This document shows, one piece after another, positions 63,712 through 64,000 of a stretch of 64,000 nucleotides of DNA. The DNA lies in assembly GCA_031272995.1 (NCBI GenBank), contig JAISSY010000054.1, forward strand, positions 2,589 to 66,588. Direction: 5' to 3'. Below the pieces are notes generated by a model. The model did not search any database. It worked only from the letters and a program-made list of their open reading frames with translations, and had not been told where the DNA came from. Position 1 is the first letter of the stretch; every line of letters begins with the position of its first letter. This stretch comes from Azoarcus sp. GTDB taxonomy: Bacteria; Pseudomonadota; Gammaproteobacteria; Burkholderiales; Rhodocyclaceae. The position numbers and the translations under genes were made by a program.

Positions 63712-64000
63712 ATGTCCGACTTCGACGACCTCGCTCGCCGCGCCTTCGCCGCCGCGCATTCGCTGTCCGGTTCGGCGCGGCGCTTGCTCGACCGGCGCGT
63801 GCGCCTTGGCGTCACCGGCCTGTCGCGCGCCGGGAAAACCGTTTTCACCACCGCGCTCATCCACGACCTGATGCACGCCGCGCGCCTGCCGGGGTTCGAC
63901 GCCGCCCTCGATGGGCAAGTGCATCGCGCGCGCCTCGTGCCGCAGCCGGATGTGACGGTGCCGCGTTTTCCGTTCGAGGAACATCTGCACCTCTTGTGCC
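63712..64000 (+). CDS. YcjX-family P-loop protein (5' part only)
   Basis: RLGVTGLSRAGKTVF...QPD...PRF motif, read by hand. Confidence 0.85.
   Translation, partial: MSDFDDLARRAFAAAHSLSGSARRLLDRRVRLGVTGLSRAGKTVFTTALIHDLMHAARLPGFDAALDGQVHRARLVPQPDVTVPRFPFEEHLHLLC

Overview
High-GC betaproteobacterial (Rhodocyclales-like) chromosome segment. Most of it is housekeeping: gyrA-serC-pheA-hisC-tyrA; the ndk-rlmN-pilW-rodZ-ispG-hisS-yfgM-bamB-der-hfq-hflX-hflK-hflC-DUF2065-hisZ-purA superoperon; rnr-rlmB with tRNA-Leu(CAG); a PEP-CTERM/PrsK-PrsR-PrsT exopolysaccharide operon; maeB, pbpG, a lytic transglycosylase, ampD, a heptose adenylyltransferase, recQ and ycjX. The standout is an ~11.7 kb accessory block (12785-24446). 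An SfnR-like sigma-54 activator with no input domain faces away from a sigma-54 promoter that has an IHF-like site and two candidate upstream activator sites. This promoter appears to drive an operon for a TonB-dependent receptor, a DUF6152-type protein, two paralogous uncharacterised periplasmic proteins, two DUF6644-type membrane proteins, two class II c-type cytochromes and a dedicated TonB-ExbB-ExbD-ExbD motor. The secreted proteins are almost free of Cys and Met (1 Met and 0 Cys in the ~904-residue mature receptor). I infer an uncharacterised sulfur-starvation uptake and periplasmic redox system. A vapBC pair lies between the regulator and the promoter. Separately, an AAA+/DUF4143 gene preceded by tandem palindromic repeats interrupts serC-pheA. 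Family names come from motif recognition, not database searches.
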